A stretch of 64,000 bases of DNA from Candidatus Bathyarchaeota archaeon (GTDB lineage Archaea; Thermoproteota; Bathyarchaeia; Bathyarchaeales; Bathycorpusculaceae). The stretch is taken from contig CAWHDT010000008.1 of assembly GCA_963828195.1 (NCBI GenBank), positions 64,001 through 128,000 on the forward strand, in the 5' to 3' direction. The translations under genes and the position numbers were made by a program. Positions 21,113 to 30,412 of this stretch are shown here, piece after piece. How positions within the stretch are numbered: the stretch's first letter is position 1; each line of letters begins with the position of its first letter. A model generated the notes under the pieces. That model was not told the origin of the DNA. It did not search any database and saw only the letters and a program-made list of their open reading frames with translations.

Positions 21113-23836
21113 ATGCAAATTGCTAAAAACAAAATCGTAGCTATTACGATTGCTATATTCTTAACGTTTTCAATGTCAGCTTCAATGATGCTTATACCAA
21201 ATGCTAGCGCACACAGTCCGCCTCAGAGCATGTATACCATAGCTTTCTGCAACGTTGCACCTAACCCAATTGGTCTAGGTCAATCAGTTAACATTGGCTT
21301 CTGGCTTGACATACCGGTAGTAACAGCAAACGGTGCATGGGGAGATAGATATGGTCCTTTCACAGTGCACGTTACACTCCCAGACGGAACCAATACAACA
21401 TTGGGACCATTTGCCTCCGATGATACAGGTGGAACCCACACTCAATACATACCCACCGAACTTGGCACATACACATTCCAGATGACTTTCCCAGGAGAAA
21501 CCCTGACAGGTTATACTGAAAACCCCACAGCTGTCGGCCATCCGTCCACCTCAGTGTACGTTAATGATACTCTTACACCTTCAACCAGTAATGTCGCAAC
21601 GCTTACCGTGCAGCAGGAGCCAGTACCATCTGTTCCAGTAGCTCCTCTTCCGACCAGCTACTGGCAGACCCCAATAAACGCTATGAACGTCAACAATTGG
21701 TATGTTCTCGGCGGTCCTTTTCTTAATCTCGGTGGCGGCTACAGCGCGGGCACCCCAGGCGGCAAGTACAATTACACGGGCAACTACAATCCGTACACTA
21801 CAGCGCCACTAGCCAGCCACATTATGTGGACAAAACCCGTCTCGTATGGAGGCGTGCTTGGCGGAGACTTTGGCGGAACAACAACCTACGGCAACTACTA
21901 CTCGACATCTCAGTACGAGCGTAAATACAATCCAATCGTCATTAACGGCTATATCTTCTACACTGTAACTCCGGGAAGCTCAACTACATATGCCGCCAAC
22001 ATCTGCGTAAACTTGTACAATGGACAAACAGTATGGTCTGACGATTCCACTAACTATGGCGGTGGTTCTCCAGAGCAGACTGCCCTCACTACAGCAGGCA
22101 TAGTTACACCTCTAAAATGCGGTCAATTGCTCGATTATGTATCGCCCAACCAGTTTGGAGGCATTGCATACCTATGGACAACCGGAACTCCCGCTGGAAT
22201 AGTCTCGACGGGAACTTGCCTTAACATGTTTGACGCTATGACTGGAAAATATATCTTAAGCATTGTTAACGGCACTTCACCGACGCTTGCGGTAGATTCT
22301 GGTGGAGACTTAATTGGCTACTACACCAACTCGACTGCTGGCACACAAATAATCGAAGGCCAGCTAGTCACTACTCCTCCTGGCGGCGAACTACTCGAAT
22401 GCTGGAACTCCACTCAAGACCTTCTGTACCCCGCCGGCTACAACCCTGCAACTATCGCACCAAATTGGAGTTGGAGACCTACACAAGACGGACAAATTCT
22501 GTTCTCTTCAGGAATAATGTGGGCAATACCATTAGCCACTAACTATTCAGGCAACGCGTTACCGAGTGCTCTCGCAATCTGGACCATTAACAGCGGTTAC
22601 ATTATTTTTGATTCAGAAGCTGCTGGAGAACCTCAGGGCGGATGGGGAATCTTTGCAGGCTACAGCCTAACAACGAATTCGCAGGTATGGATAGAAAATC
22701 TGACGCTAACACCGAATACTTTCGTTAGCTTAAATGACAATTGGCTTGCTGGCGACGGAGTTTGGCTAACAAATAACGATGATACAGGTGTACTTACAGG
22801 TTACAGTATGGCGACAGGAGCGCAATTGTGGACTGATACCCTGGCACCCCGCGACCCCTATGATTCCAACGGTCACAGTCAAGGAACCATCGCTGGCGAT
22901 AACTTGTATCTCTTTGAGTTCGGCGGAGACATATGGTCTATAAACATGCTAACAGGCACTATCAACTGGTACACTAATACAACCGAAATTACGGGTTCTG
23001 CGGGAGACAACACACCATATGGCGTCTGGCCTATTTGGGAACAATGCGGCGACGGCATTGCTGGCACGGGTTCAAACCAAGTTCTATTCCTTGAAGAGGG
23101 ACACGAATACAGTCCACCTTTATTCCTTGGAGCACAGCAACTTGCTTTGAACTGCACTAATGGGCAACTAATTTGGACCATAAACGCTTTTGACGTAGAT
23201 AGCGACCCTATTATGGCATATGGATACATGACAATACTTAATGCATATGACAACCAAATCTACGCTTACGGCATGGGACCAAGCAAAACAACGGTAAGCG
23301 CCCCCAGTGTCAGCGCGACACCGGCTACTCCGGTCACTATAACTGGTTCGGTTATGGATATTTCTGCGGGATCACAACAAGAAGCAGTAGCAGCAAACTT
23401 CCCGAACGGTTTACCCTGCGTATCTGACGCAAGCATGAGCCAATTCATGGAAGCCGTGTACATGCAGCAGCCAATGCCAACCAACGATACAGGCGTTCAA
23501 GTGACTTTAACAGCCGTTGATCCTAACCATAACTTAATCAATCTTGGAACAACGACGACAGACTCAAACGGCAACTACGGCTTTACATGGACTCCTCCAA
23601 CAGTTCCAGGATCTTACCAGATCATAGCGACATTCAGCGGAACCAATTCTTACTACGGATCAAGCGACTCAACCTACATGAACGTGCAAGCATCGGCAAC
23701 ACCAAACCCAACATCCGCACCAGTGAGCGGTCTGGCAACAATGTCAGCCCTAACTATCGGAATAGTTGCGGCGGTCATCGCTATAATCATTGCAATCTCC
23801 ATAGTCGGATTACTGTTACTAAGGAAGCGACCATAA
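21113..23836 (+). CDS. Membrane-anchored PQQ-like beta-propeller surface protein, paralog 3
   Basis: Start moved to ATG 21113 (GAGG upstream); APNPIGLGQ, NGLPCVSDAS, TM helix and RKRP tail. Confidence 0.8.
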   Translation: MQIAKNKIVAITIAIFLTFSMSASMMLIPNASAHSPPQSMYTIAFCNVAPNPIGLGQSVNIGFWLDIPVVTANGAWGDRYGPFTVHVTLPDGTNTTLGPFASDDTGGTHTQYIPTELGTYTFQMTFPGETLTGYTENPTAVGHPSTSVYVNDTLTPSTSNVATLTVQQEPVPSVPVAPLPTSYWQTPINAMNVNNWYVLGGPFLNLGGGYSAGTPGGKYNYTGNYNPYTTAPLASHIMWTKPVSYGGVLGGDFGGTTTYGNYYSTSQYERKYNPIVINGYIFYTVTPGSSTTYAANICVNLYNGQTVWSDDSTNYGGGSPEQTALTTAGIVTPLKCGQLLDYVSPNQFGGIAYLWTTGTPAGIVSTGTCLNMFDAMTGKYILSIVNGTSPTLAVDSGGDLIGYYTNSTAGTQIIEGQLVTTPPGGELLECWNSTQDLLYPAGYNPATIAPNWSWRPTQDGQILFSSGIMWAIPLATNYSGNALPSALAIWTINSGYIIFDSEAAGEPQGGWGIFAGYSLTTNSQVWIENLTLTPNTFVSLNDNWLAGDGVWLTNNDDTGVLTGYSMATGAQLWTDTLAPRDPYDSNGHSQGTIAGDNLYLFEFGGDIWSINMLTGTINWYTNTTEITGSAGDNTPYGVWPIWEQCGDGIAGTGSNQVLFLEEGHEYSPPLFLGAQQLALNCTNGQLIWTINAFDVDSDPIMAYGYMTILNAYDNQIYAYGMGPSKTTVSAPSVSATPATPVTITGSVMDISAGSQQEAVAANFPNGLPCVSDASMSQFMEAVYMQQPMPTNDTGVQVTLTAVDPNHNLINLGTTTTDSNGNYGFTWTPPTVPGSYQIIATFSGTNSYYGSSDSTYMNVQASATPNPTSAPVSGLATMSALTIGIVAAVIAIIIAISIVGLLLLRKRP

Positions 23837-23855
23837 AAATGCCAAACGAAAACAA

Positions 23856-23930
23856 TTTCCCCTTTTTTTAGTCTAAAAAGAATTGGCGAAGAGATAGAGG
23901 CTGAGTAGGCTCTGGTTAAAATTCACGATA
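23856..23930 (+). repeat. Oligo-T terminator plus 3' flank shared with 242-320
   Basis: TTTCCCCTTTTTTTAGTC...GGCTGAGTAGGCTCT...CGATA. Confidence 0.6.
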
Positions 23931-24260
23931 TAAGCCATTGTGATCGTAATAGATTTTGCATTCGTTTTTTCACCAAAAAATCCAGAACCTTTACAAACCC
24001 AAATTTTTTGCGCGCCGCGGACGGTAAGACACAAAAAATACACTCAGTCACAGATTAAGACAAAAACAGACACATATGGTACAAAAAAGAAAAAATTAAT
24101 AGCGCCTTCACTTTAAGTTGAAAGTTGTTATGTTGCTCAACCGCCAAGGTACTTTTCAGAAAACCCGTTCTAACCGGAATCAACGAATTCGTAGTGGAAA
24201 GTAAAATAAACAAGCAAACAAATTATGACCGAGAAAACTTACGGGAAACGATGAAGACCT

Positions 24261-24941
24261 GTGTTGGACTTTAGTTTAGCCGCCTTTGTTGCTTCATTTG
24301 GGCTTATTGTATTGGCGGAGATGGGCGATAAAACCCAGTTCTTAGCCATGTCTTTCGCCACAAAAAACAACGCTTACAAAGTGCTCTTCGCGGTTTTCCT
24401 GGCAACCGTGGCTAACTTTGCAATCACAGTAGCAATCGGCCAACTATTAACCACAGTCGTGCCTATGGACATAATTTCGTTGGCAGCATCACTTTCCTTC
24501 ATCGGCTTTGGACTGTGGACTCTTAGAGCTGAAAAACCTAAAAACGCCGAAAAAACAGCTTCACGCTTCGGTTTGGTGGGAACGGTGTTTGTAGCGTTTT
24601 TCATCGCGGAGTTTGGAGATAAAACCCAGCTTACTACAATCAGTTTAGCCGCCCAATATGACAGTGCATTGAGCGTTTTTGTTGGTGCAGTACTCGGGAT
24701 GCTTGTGGCAGATGGAGTGGGAATCGCCGCGGGCGTTGTCCTGGGGAAACATATTCCAGAACGAGCCATCAAGTGGGTTTCAGCAATGATATTTCTTGCA
24801 TTTGGCTTAGTTGGCGTTTATGAGGTTCTTCCCTCAAAGATAGGCTTTGCATACACAGCATTAACGTTGGCTTCGCTGATTGCCCTCTGTATCTTAACAA
24901 TTATTTTCATAACCCAAAAACAGAACCGCAGAAAAAACTAA
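24261..24941 (+). CDS. TMEM165/GDT1 (UPF0016) Ca/Mn transporter
   Basis: Two E-x-G-D-K-T-Q motifs (AEMGDKTQ, AEFGDKTQ). Confidence 0.93.
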   Translation: MLDFSLAAFVASFGLIVLAEMGDKTQFLAMSFATKNNAYKVLFAVFLATVANFAITVAIGQLLTTVVPMDIISLAASLSFIGFGLWTLRAEKPKNAEKTASRFGLVGTVFVAFFIAEFGDKTQLTTISLAAQYDSALSVFVGAVLGMLVADGVGIAAGVVLGKHIPERAIKWVSAMIFLAFGLVGVYEVLPSKIGFAYTALTLASLIALCILTIIFITQKQNRRKN

Positions 24942-25029
24942 ACACGCACGCACCCGCCGCCTCGCACGCGAAGGTGGTTGAGAAACTTTAAATGCCTATT
25001 CAAACACATCCATTTTTTGAGGCTTTTCG

Positions 25030-25368
25030 GTGAACAAGGACAAAAATCTCACAGTTATAGCGGAATTCAGCATTATACCAGTTGGCCAAACGGGAACCAG
25101 CGTAAGCCGTTACGTGGCTGCTGCAGTTAACGCCTTAAAAAACGTGGAGGGCTTAGATTTTGAGGTAACCCCGATGGGAACCATTCTTGCGGCAAAAGAT
25201 CTTGCAACAATTTTTGAAGCTGTCCGCCAAGCACACGAAGCTATCGCTGCCATGGGAATCAAAAGAGTTTCATCTACATTGAGGATAGATGACCGCAGAG
25301 ACAAAGAGCGGAAAATGCAAGACAAAGTTAAAGCCGTACAGGCGCACTTGAAAAAAATGGATTCCTAG
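25030..25368 (+). CDS. MTH1187 family thiamine-binding protein
   Basis: SIIPVG...SVSRYVA, TPMGT, LRIDDRRDK. Confidence 0.9.
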   Translation: MNKDKNLTVIAEFSIIPVGQTGTSVSRYVAAAVNALKNVEGLDFEVTPMGTILAAKDLATIFEAVRQAHEAIAAMGIKRVSSTLRIDDRRDKERKMQDKVKAVQAHLKKMDS

Positions 25369-25422
25369 CTAGAAAAAAGGTTTTTTAAAATGGAAAATTT
25401 AAAAGAAAACGTTTCTTTATTT

Positions 25423-25953
25423 TTATGTGATTGCGAGTTTCTTTGTTTCTTTAGGCTCTTTCTTTGGCAGGATAATTTCTAATACACCGTTGTTTAAGCT
25501 TGCTTTGGCGTCATCGGACTTTATCTTTTCGGGTAAATCGATTCTTCTGTAGAACTTTTGAGCCGTTCTTTCGCGGCGGACATAGTTTTTCTCTTTTTCT
25601 TCGTCCATTACGCTTTTTTTCGCATGAATCAGCACTGATTCTTCGCCGACTTCAATGTTTACGTCTTGCTTGCTGTAGCCGGGCAAATCCACTGTTACGC
25701 AGAAATCTTTGCCGCGGTCCTCCACGTCAACGGACGGCATCATCATCTTGAAGGGCATCATCATTGGAGAGCCCGCTCTGTTGCGCATCCAATGCCTCCA
25801 AACCGGCGGCATACCCCAGAAATCGTCGAAGCGCTCCCGCATCATGTCCATGTCGCGTTGGTACGGAGTCACTGCTTCTTCCTTCTTGACCTGCCCCGCC
25901 TTCTTTTCTTTGCCTCCATAGTAATAGTACATTTTCTTTTTTTCTTCAGACAA
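25423..25953 (-). CDS. Small heat-shock protein Hsp20
   Basis: VDLPG, FYRRIDLP, ASLNNGVLEIILPK. Confidence 0.92.
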   Translation of the reverse strand: MSEEKKKMYYYYGGKEKKAGQVKKEEAVTPYQRDMDMMRERFDDFWGMPPVWRHWMRNRAGSPMMMPFKMMMPSVDVEDRGKDFCVTVDLPGYSKQDVNIEVGEESVLIHAKKSVMDEEKEKNYVRRERTAQKFYRRIDLPEKIKSDDAKASLNNGVLEIILPKKEPKETKKLAIT

Positions 25954-26085
25954 AATTTTTCACCTTACTTAATCGAGTTCTGCAGTTGGGTATTAACTTA
26001 TGTGGCTGTGCCAAGCCAGCATCACACTTAGAAAACCAAAAGTGGGATAAAAACTGCCTGCACAGGCAGATAACGCTTCTGATGC

Positions 26086-26433
26086 TTAAGTGCACTCGCG
26101 ATTTGTGTAGCCGCATCTTAGGCATCGGAAAAACTGCGTTGAAGACTCATCTGATCCTCTGGTTTGCACCTGCCAAACGTTCGCTGTGTTGTTTCCGCAT
26201 CGTGGGCAATCAACATTCAGCGTTGGCAAAATGCTAAGCTGCTCCTCTTTGCCTATGACAGCCACAAGCTGCTTTGGAGTATGCTCAAAAACTCTGCCGT
26301 ACAACGACGCTTTGCTGTTTGATTCCTGTTTTTTAAACTGGCATTTAGTGCATGCTAGCATAACCAGGGCTTGCTTGCATGAATTTACTTTTTTAGGTAT
26401 AAGTCTTGAACCGCATTCTGCGCAAAATTCCAT
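26086..26433 (-). CDS. tfs: Transcription factor S (TFS/RpoM family)
   Basis: Two Zn ribbons (CAEC..CTKC; CPRC..CLRC) and QTRGSDES with the acidic DE pair. Confidence 0.9.
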   Translation of the reverse strand: MEFCAECGSRLIPKKVNSCKQALVMLACTKCQFKKQESNSKASLYGRVFEHTPKQLVAVIGKEEQLSILPTLNVDCPRCGNNTANVWQVQTRGSDESSTQFFRCLRCGYTNRECT

Positions 26434-26736
26434 AGGGATCATCTCGTATATTTTTTAAAAAAAGTTTGCGGCAGATGAAGAATTAACTTAGCGCAAACCT
26501 AAAAGTTTTTGTTCGGAAGAGAGAGGGGGAACATTGCTTCTTTGCTTGCGTTTCAGTTAACGATTCATTTGCCAACGCATTCGGTTATTGCACCGAGGCG
26601 TTTATAACACATAAGTGCAGGTAGCGCCATAAAAGATGATGTGACTGTATCGACACTACAACAAGTTATGTGCTTGCCAGCCCAATTCAAGCGTTAACAC
26701 AAATTTGCAAGGCAAATCAAGCCTAAAACCATGTTT

Positions 26737-27393
26737 TCACCGTTTACTCTTTGTTTTCCTTGGCTTCGTCATCACCACAGCTTTCTTCAGATCCAGCGGC
26801 GACATAACCCTGAAGAACGTTTTGAAATCCGGGTCCAACTGCTCAACAACCAACGTTGAAAGATACCGTACCCCACGCAGCTTCGCCACCACCGCATCCA
26901 AATCAACCGAACCGCTTGCCAAAGCCTCCCTAGCCGCCTCCAACGCCACCTCCGTGCAGTAAACCGCCTGCAACAACTCAACCTCGCTGCTTGGCCACCT
27001 TGGAACAACCGCGGATTTCCCTGCGCATAAATCAAAAAGCAAACCCACCACTTCTTTGGAAACAAACGGCGCATCAAAGGGCAAAAGCAGCGAGTATTTG
27101 CCTTGGGCAGCTTCAAAACCAGCCAAAGCTCCAGCTAAAGACCCCTGCGAGCCGTCAGCGAGGACAAACTGGACATGAGCCGACGAAACCACCTTCGCAT
27201 ACTCCTCAGCCTGCGCCTTTGAACTTGCAACCACCAGCACCTCGCCCACCATGCCCTTAACAGCGTCAACCACACAGTTCAACAACGGCTTACCGTCAAG
27301 CTTCAAAAGACCCCTGTCTTCCCCCAACTTGCCCCGTGGACCCTCAGCCAAAATAACTGCAGACCTATCCAAACACAAAACGTCTCCACCCAT
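26737..27393 (-). CDS. MobA-like NTP-transferase with degenerate motifs
   Basis: AVILAEG..LGEDRGLL, GSLAG, FDAPF, DPDFKTFFRVMSPLDL. Confidence 0.75.
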   Translation of the reverse strand: MGGDVLCLDRSAVILAEGPRGKLGEDRGLLKLDGKPLLNCVVDAVKGMVGEVLVVASSKAQAEEYAKVVSSAHVQFVLADGSQGSLAGALAGFEAAQGKYSLLLPFDAPFVSKEVVGLLFDLCAGKSAVVPRWPSSEVELLQAVYCTEVALEAAREALASGSVDLDAVVAKLRGVRYLSTLVVEQLDPDFKTFFRVMSPLDLKKAVVMTKPRKTKSKR

Positions 27394-27463
27394 ACGTTAC
27401 AAAACAAGTTAAAAAACATGCGGAGAAACATGTTTGGTTCTGCGGAGGATTTTTGGCGTTTCT

Positions 27464-27616
27464 TCAATATATAATGCCGTGTTTTTTCAGGATTGCTAAA
27501 ACAACTTTGGTTCGTTGCGCCTCTTCTCTTTGTTCATTCAACCGCTCTCGAGCCTGCGCCAACACTTTGGCTCTTTGAGAGTCGTTTAGTTCGAACCAGT
27601 TAATGTTTTGCGACAG
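27464..27616 (-). CDS. Putative 50-aa helical protein with CTG start
   Basis: (M)SQNINWFELNDSQRAKVLAQARERLNEQREEAQRTKVVLAILKKHGIIY; AGTGAT RBS-like site and TTTATAAA at 27653-27660. Confidence 0.55.
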   Translation of the reverse strand: MSQNINWFELNDSQRAKVLAQARERLNEQREEAQRTKVVLAILKKHGIIY

Positions 27617-27724
27617 CGTATCCGATCACTTACGACTTAAGTTGGAGGTTTCTTTATAAATGCAATATTTCGGCTATCGACATATGTCCAAAATCGGATA
27701 TATCGGAAAACTAAAAAAGGCACT

Positions 27725-27976
27725 TCAAGGCGAGGCTAAGACGCCCACTACCTTCATCTTCGCCATAACGTCGTCTGCGTGCGGCGCAATCTCCATATCA
27801 TCCGTCAAATCGCGGCCAGCCTCATGCCCCATATGATCGCCTTCAAGCCACTGATCCGAATCGGAAACATCATACACTTTGCCCTTATAACCAACGTACG
27901 CTGGTCTAGCGTTTTTTCCATCAAAGTTTTTTAATTCGTCCACGCTGAATTTTCTGGTGTTCTCCAAAACGCACAC
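27725..27976 (-). CDS. Cytochrome b5-like heme/steroid-binding protein
   Basis: ELKNFDGK, YVGYKGKVYDVS, HEAGRDLT, APH. Confidence 0.9.
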   Translation of the reverse strand: MCVLENTRKFSVDELKNFDGKNARPAYVGYKGKVYDVSDSDQWLEGDHMGHEAGRDLTDDMEIAPHADDVMAKMKVVGVLASP

Positions 27977-28051
27977 GCTCCAACCATAATTTCGCTTAAA
28001 GGTAATTATAGTTTTCTTTTGAAGCTATAACTGACTTCAGAAAAAGTTTAA

Positions 28052-28153
28052 TTATTCAGGTTTCACAGCGCTGTTATTAAGTCCCCTAAGAATCTTATCA
28101 TCAGCTTTAATGTTCCTGATGAGTATTTCATAAGGTCTTTTACAAAGTGCCAT
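28052..28153 (-). CDS. Putative 33-aa micro-ORF overlapping the Fic stop (candidate antitoxin)
   Basis: MALCKRPYEILIRNIKADDKILRGLNNSAVKPE; 14-nt overlap with the Fic gene. Confidence 0.4.
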   Translation of the reverse strand: MALCKRPYEILIRNIKADDKILRGLNNSAVKPE

Positions 28154-28586
28154 TCTTTAGCCAACTCTCTATTTGCTCAATATCATATTTCCGTATGTCT
28201 TTTATAAATTTAATTATCTTTAACTCATCTTTTTCCTTGAGTTCTGCTCCGTTTACTTCAAGGAAAGCCTTTGTCACTTCAAAAGCTGTTCTATGATGCC
28301 CATCTTGAAATATTCTACTAGTCGCAATCCTCTTTAACAGTATAGCAGCCTTACGGTAAATGCCTTCAGCATTTTTTATTTCTTCAATATAGCGGTGATA
28401 AGGTTCTAATCCAACCTCAAAACCTGACCAGTAACCATAGCGTTCAATCATAATGTCATGTGCCAGAACCAAAAATTCGTCTGGAGGATACCAAGTTTTA
28501 CCCTCTTCAACCTCACATTTAGGAAGCTCAATATGCTTATTCAATGCCTCTTTGTTCGGTTTCACTTTTGCTCTTTTGCTAGACAT
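28140..28586 (-). CDS. Fic/Doc family protein with a variant motif
   Basis: IYRKAAILL..RIFQDGHHRTA..FLEVNG versus canonical HPFxDGNKRTA. Confidence 0.8.
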   Translation of the reverse strand: MSSKRAKVKPNKEALNKHIELPKCEVEEGKTWYPPDEFLVLAHDIMIERYGYWSGFEVGLEPYHRYIEEIKNAEGIYRKAAILLKRIATSRIFQDGHHRTAFEVTKAFLEVNGAELKEKDELKIIKFIKDIRKYDIEQIESWLKNGTL

Positions 28587-28700
28587 ATAGAACTATAGTT
28601 ATCTATCCCAGTAAGTAATTAGTTTATTCTAAAAGAATTTTTTAGCGCAATTAAAAAAATACGGTGCACCAAACAAAAATTAAAAGAGGGCTTTAAGAAT

Positions 28701-29342
28701 TTACTTCTCGTTTAGTTCTGGTATCTGCTCAGTGAGTTTGACCCAGTTTTCTGCTGTATTCGCCTTTATGAGCGGTTTGAGGTTTGCGAAAACAGGCGGC
28801 GGCGTCATCTTCATCCAGCCCCGCGTAATCACAACCTGGTCGTCGAGATCCAGCAAGGGAAAAAGCCAATGAAATAAAGTGGGAAATTTTTCAGGCGGCA
28901 CTTTTTTTGCCATAGCGCCAGCGACGGCGGCTTGCTCGCTCTCCGATGTTTTTTCCGTCAGAATCGGGTACAGGTGGGCGTCTTCCTTGTCAAGATGGAT
29001 CCGCAGATGCGCGTTGAGGGCAGCTGTAGCCCGCGCCGCTGCGAGGGGATTAGGCATCTTACGCATTTCTTCCAGCCCCGCAACCATAGCGTCGAGTTCA
29101 CGATGATCCATCAAGTAAGCCCTAGCCACAAGAGGAGCCACCGCATCGACAGCGGGAAAAACCGCAGCCTCCTCACCCTGAGCATGATAATCCAAAACCT
29201 CACCCAGGAGGCGCATCCTATCAAAAAGAGGCGTCAGATCCCCGCCGCCGCGAGCAATTTTCAAGGCTGCCTCATCAATCTGAAAAACATCCCGACGAAA
29301 CCCATTATGCAACACACGCACAACATCAAACGGACCAGACAA
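28701..29342 (-). CDS. Hemerythrin (HHE) domain protein
   Basis: LHNGF, HAQGEE, DH, HLDKED; start moved to TTG 29342. Confidence 0.87.
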   Translation of the reverse strand: MSGPFDVVRVLHNGFRRDVFQIDEAALKIARGGGDLTPLFDRMRLLGEVLDYHAQGEEAAVFPAVDAVAPLVARAYLMDHRELDAMVAGLEEMRKMPNPLAAARATAALNAHLRIHLDKEDAHLYPILTEKTSESEQAAVAGAMAKKVPPEKFPTLFHWLFPLLDLDDQVVITRGWMKMTPPPVFANLKPLIKANTAENWVKLTEQIPELNEK

Positions 29343-29460
29343 AAAACCACAACCAAACCACAAAAAACCCAAACAAACTAATAACAATATGCTGTCGCAG
29401 CCACACAGGAACAAGAACAAAAAATTAATTCGGCAGATGATGTCTTCATCAATTTTGTCC

Positions 29461-29559
29461 TATACGTGCGAACACACGTTACGTATATATACACGTAAGA
29501 TTTAGCAATATTTAAAAGGAACTTCTGTCTTGATAGTGACCCGTATTATAATACGTGTA
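29461..29559. promoter_or_regulatory. Cluster of TACGTG/CACGT(A) motifs, putative RHH operator
   Basis: TATACGTG, CACACGTT, TACGTATA, TACACGTA and ATACGTGTA around the TATTTAAA box. Confidence 0.5.
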
Positions 29560-29574
29560 AGGAGATACAAGCTA

Positions 29575-30099
29575 ATGCCCAAAGAAAAACTAACGTTAAG
29601 CGTTGACAAAGAAGTAGTTGACAAAGCAAAGCAATTAGGTATCAATATCTCAGATATTACAGAAAAAGTGTTAACAGGCTACACTGCTGCCGAAAAACCA
29701 AATGATGACCTTTATGGTGCTTACACGCAGCTATTTGATTCCATAATTCCGTTGTTGAAGGAGTTTGATTGTAGCGTTAAAGTTGCTGAGGGAATCGATG
29801 TGGGTACCTCTACGGATGCGGAAGGCAATACTTCCGACTGTGACCTTGAAATAACGATTTTCTTGTGTTCCAATGGAAGATTTTACGTGGACGAATTTGA
29901 TAACTGTTTTAAAGACATCAAAAATATTTCTCAATCTTTCTTCCTTTCTCCTGATAAAATTCTTTCTAATCTGGTGGAAGCCCTTGCAAACAGCAAGGAA
30001 AAAAGAGAAGAGCAAATAAAAGAAATCAGCATGGCAAAAAGAATAATCGACGCTATGTCGGAGAGTCTCTTAAAAAAACAACAGGTAAAAGAAAAATAA
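29575..30099 (+). CDS. CcdA/VapB-like ribbon-helix-helix protein with a long C-terminal domain
   Basis: MPKEKLTLSVDKEVVDKAKQLGINISD; AGGAG upstream of ATG 29575. Confidence 0.7.
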   Translation: MPKEKLTLSVDKEVVDKAKQLGINISDITEKVLTGYTAAEKPNDDLYGAYTQLFDSIIPLLKEFDCSVKVAEGIDVGTSTDAEGNTSDCDLEITIFLCSNGRFYVDEFDNCFKDIKNISQSFFLSPDKILSNLVEALANSKEKREEQIKEISMAKRIIDAMSESLLKKQQVKEK

Positions 30100-30133
30100 A
30101 GGAATTATCAAGAAAAAAAGTTTAGGTGAAAAC

Positions 30134-30310
30134 ATGGTCAAAATAAAATCGCCCTTGCGGAGTAAAGATTTGGACGTTGGCGGAGATATCAAGGGATTAT
30201 TTGGGGTTCACGGAAAAGAAATAAACGTTTATGATAACGACCGCATGGTTATCTTGAACCTAAAAAAAGGCGAACGATTAGCAGTTTTCGACAAAAATGA
30301 CAACCCCTAG
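30134..30310 (+). CDS. 58-aa hypothetical protein, not in the ORF track
   Basis: MVKIKSPLRSKDLDVGGDIKGLFGVHGKEINVYDNDRMVILNLKKGERLAVFDKNDNP; AGGTGA RBS. Confidence 0.6.
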   Translation: MVKIKSPLRSKDLDVGGDIKGLFGVHGKEINVYDNDRMVILNLKKGERLAVFDKNDNP

Positions 30311-30412
30311 GAACTATCAAGGGACAACAAGGGACGTTTAAACTGGAGAAAACTTTAACCTTTCTATTTGCACAGTTAGTATTAGCTCAAACGCCTCACG
30401 CTACCAAAATTT

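Noticed and set aside
335-23836. Diversity-generating retroelement behind paralog variation
   Set aside because: No reverse transcriptase and no TR/VR pair differing only at adenines was seen
24100-24260. yybP-ykoY Mn riboswitch upstream of the GDT1 gene
   Set aside because: Only GAAGACCT resembles the 3' end; the GGGGAGUA 5' motif and pairing were not found
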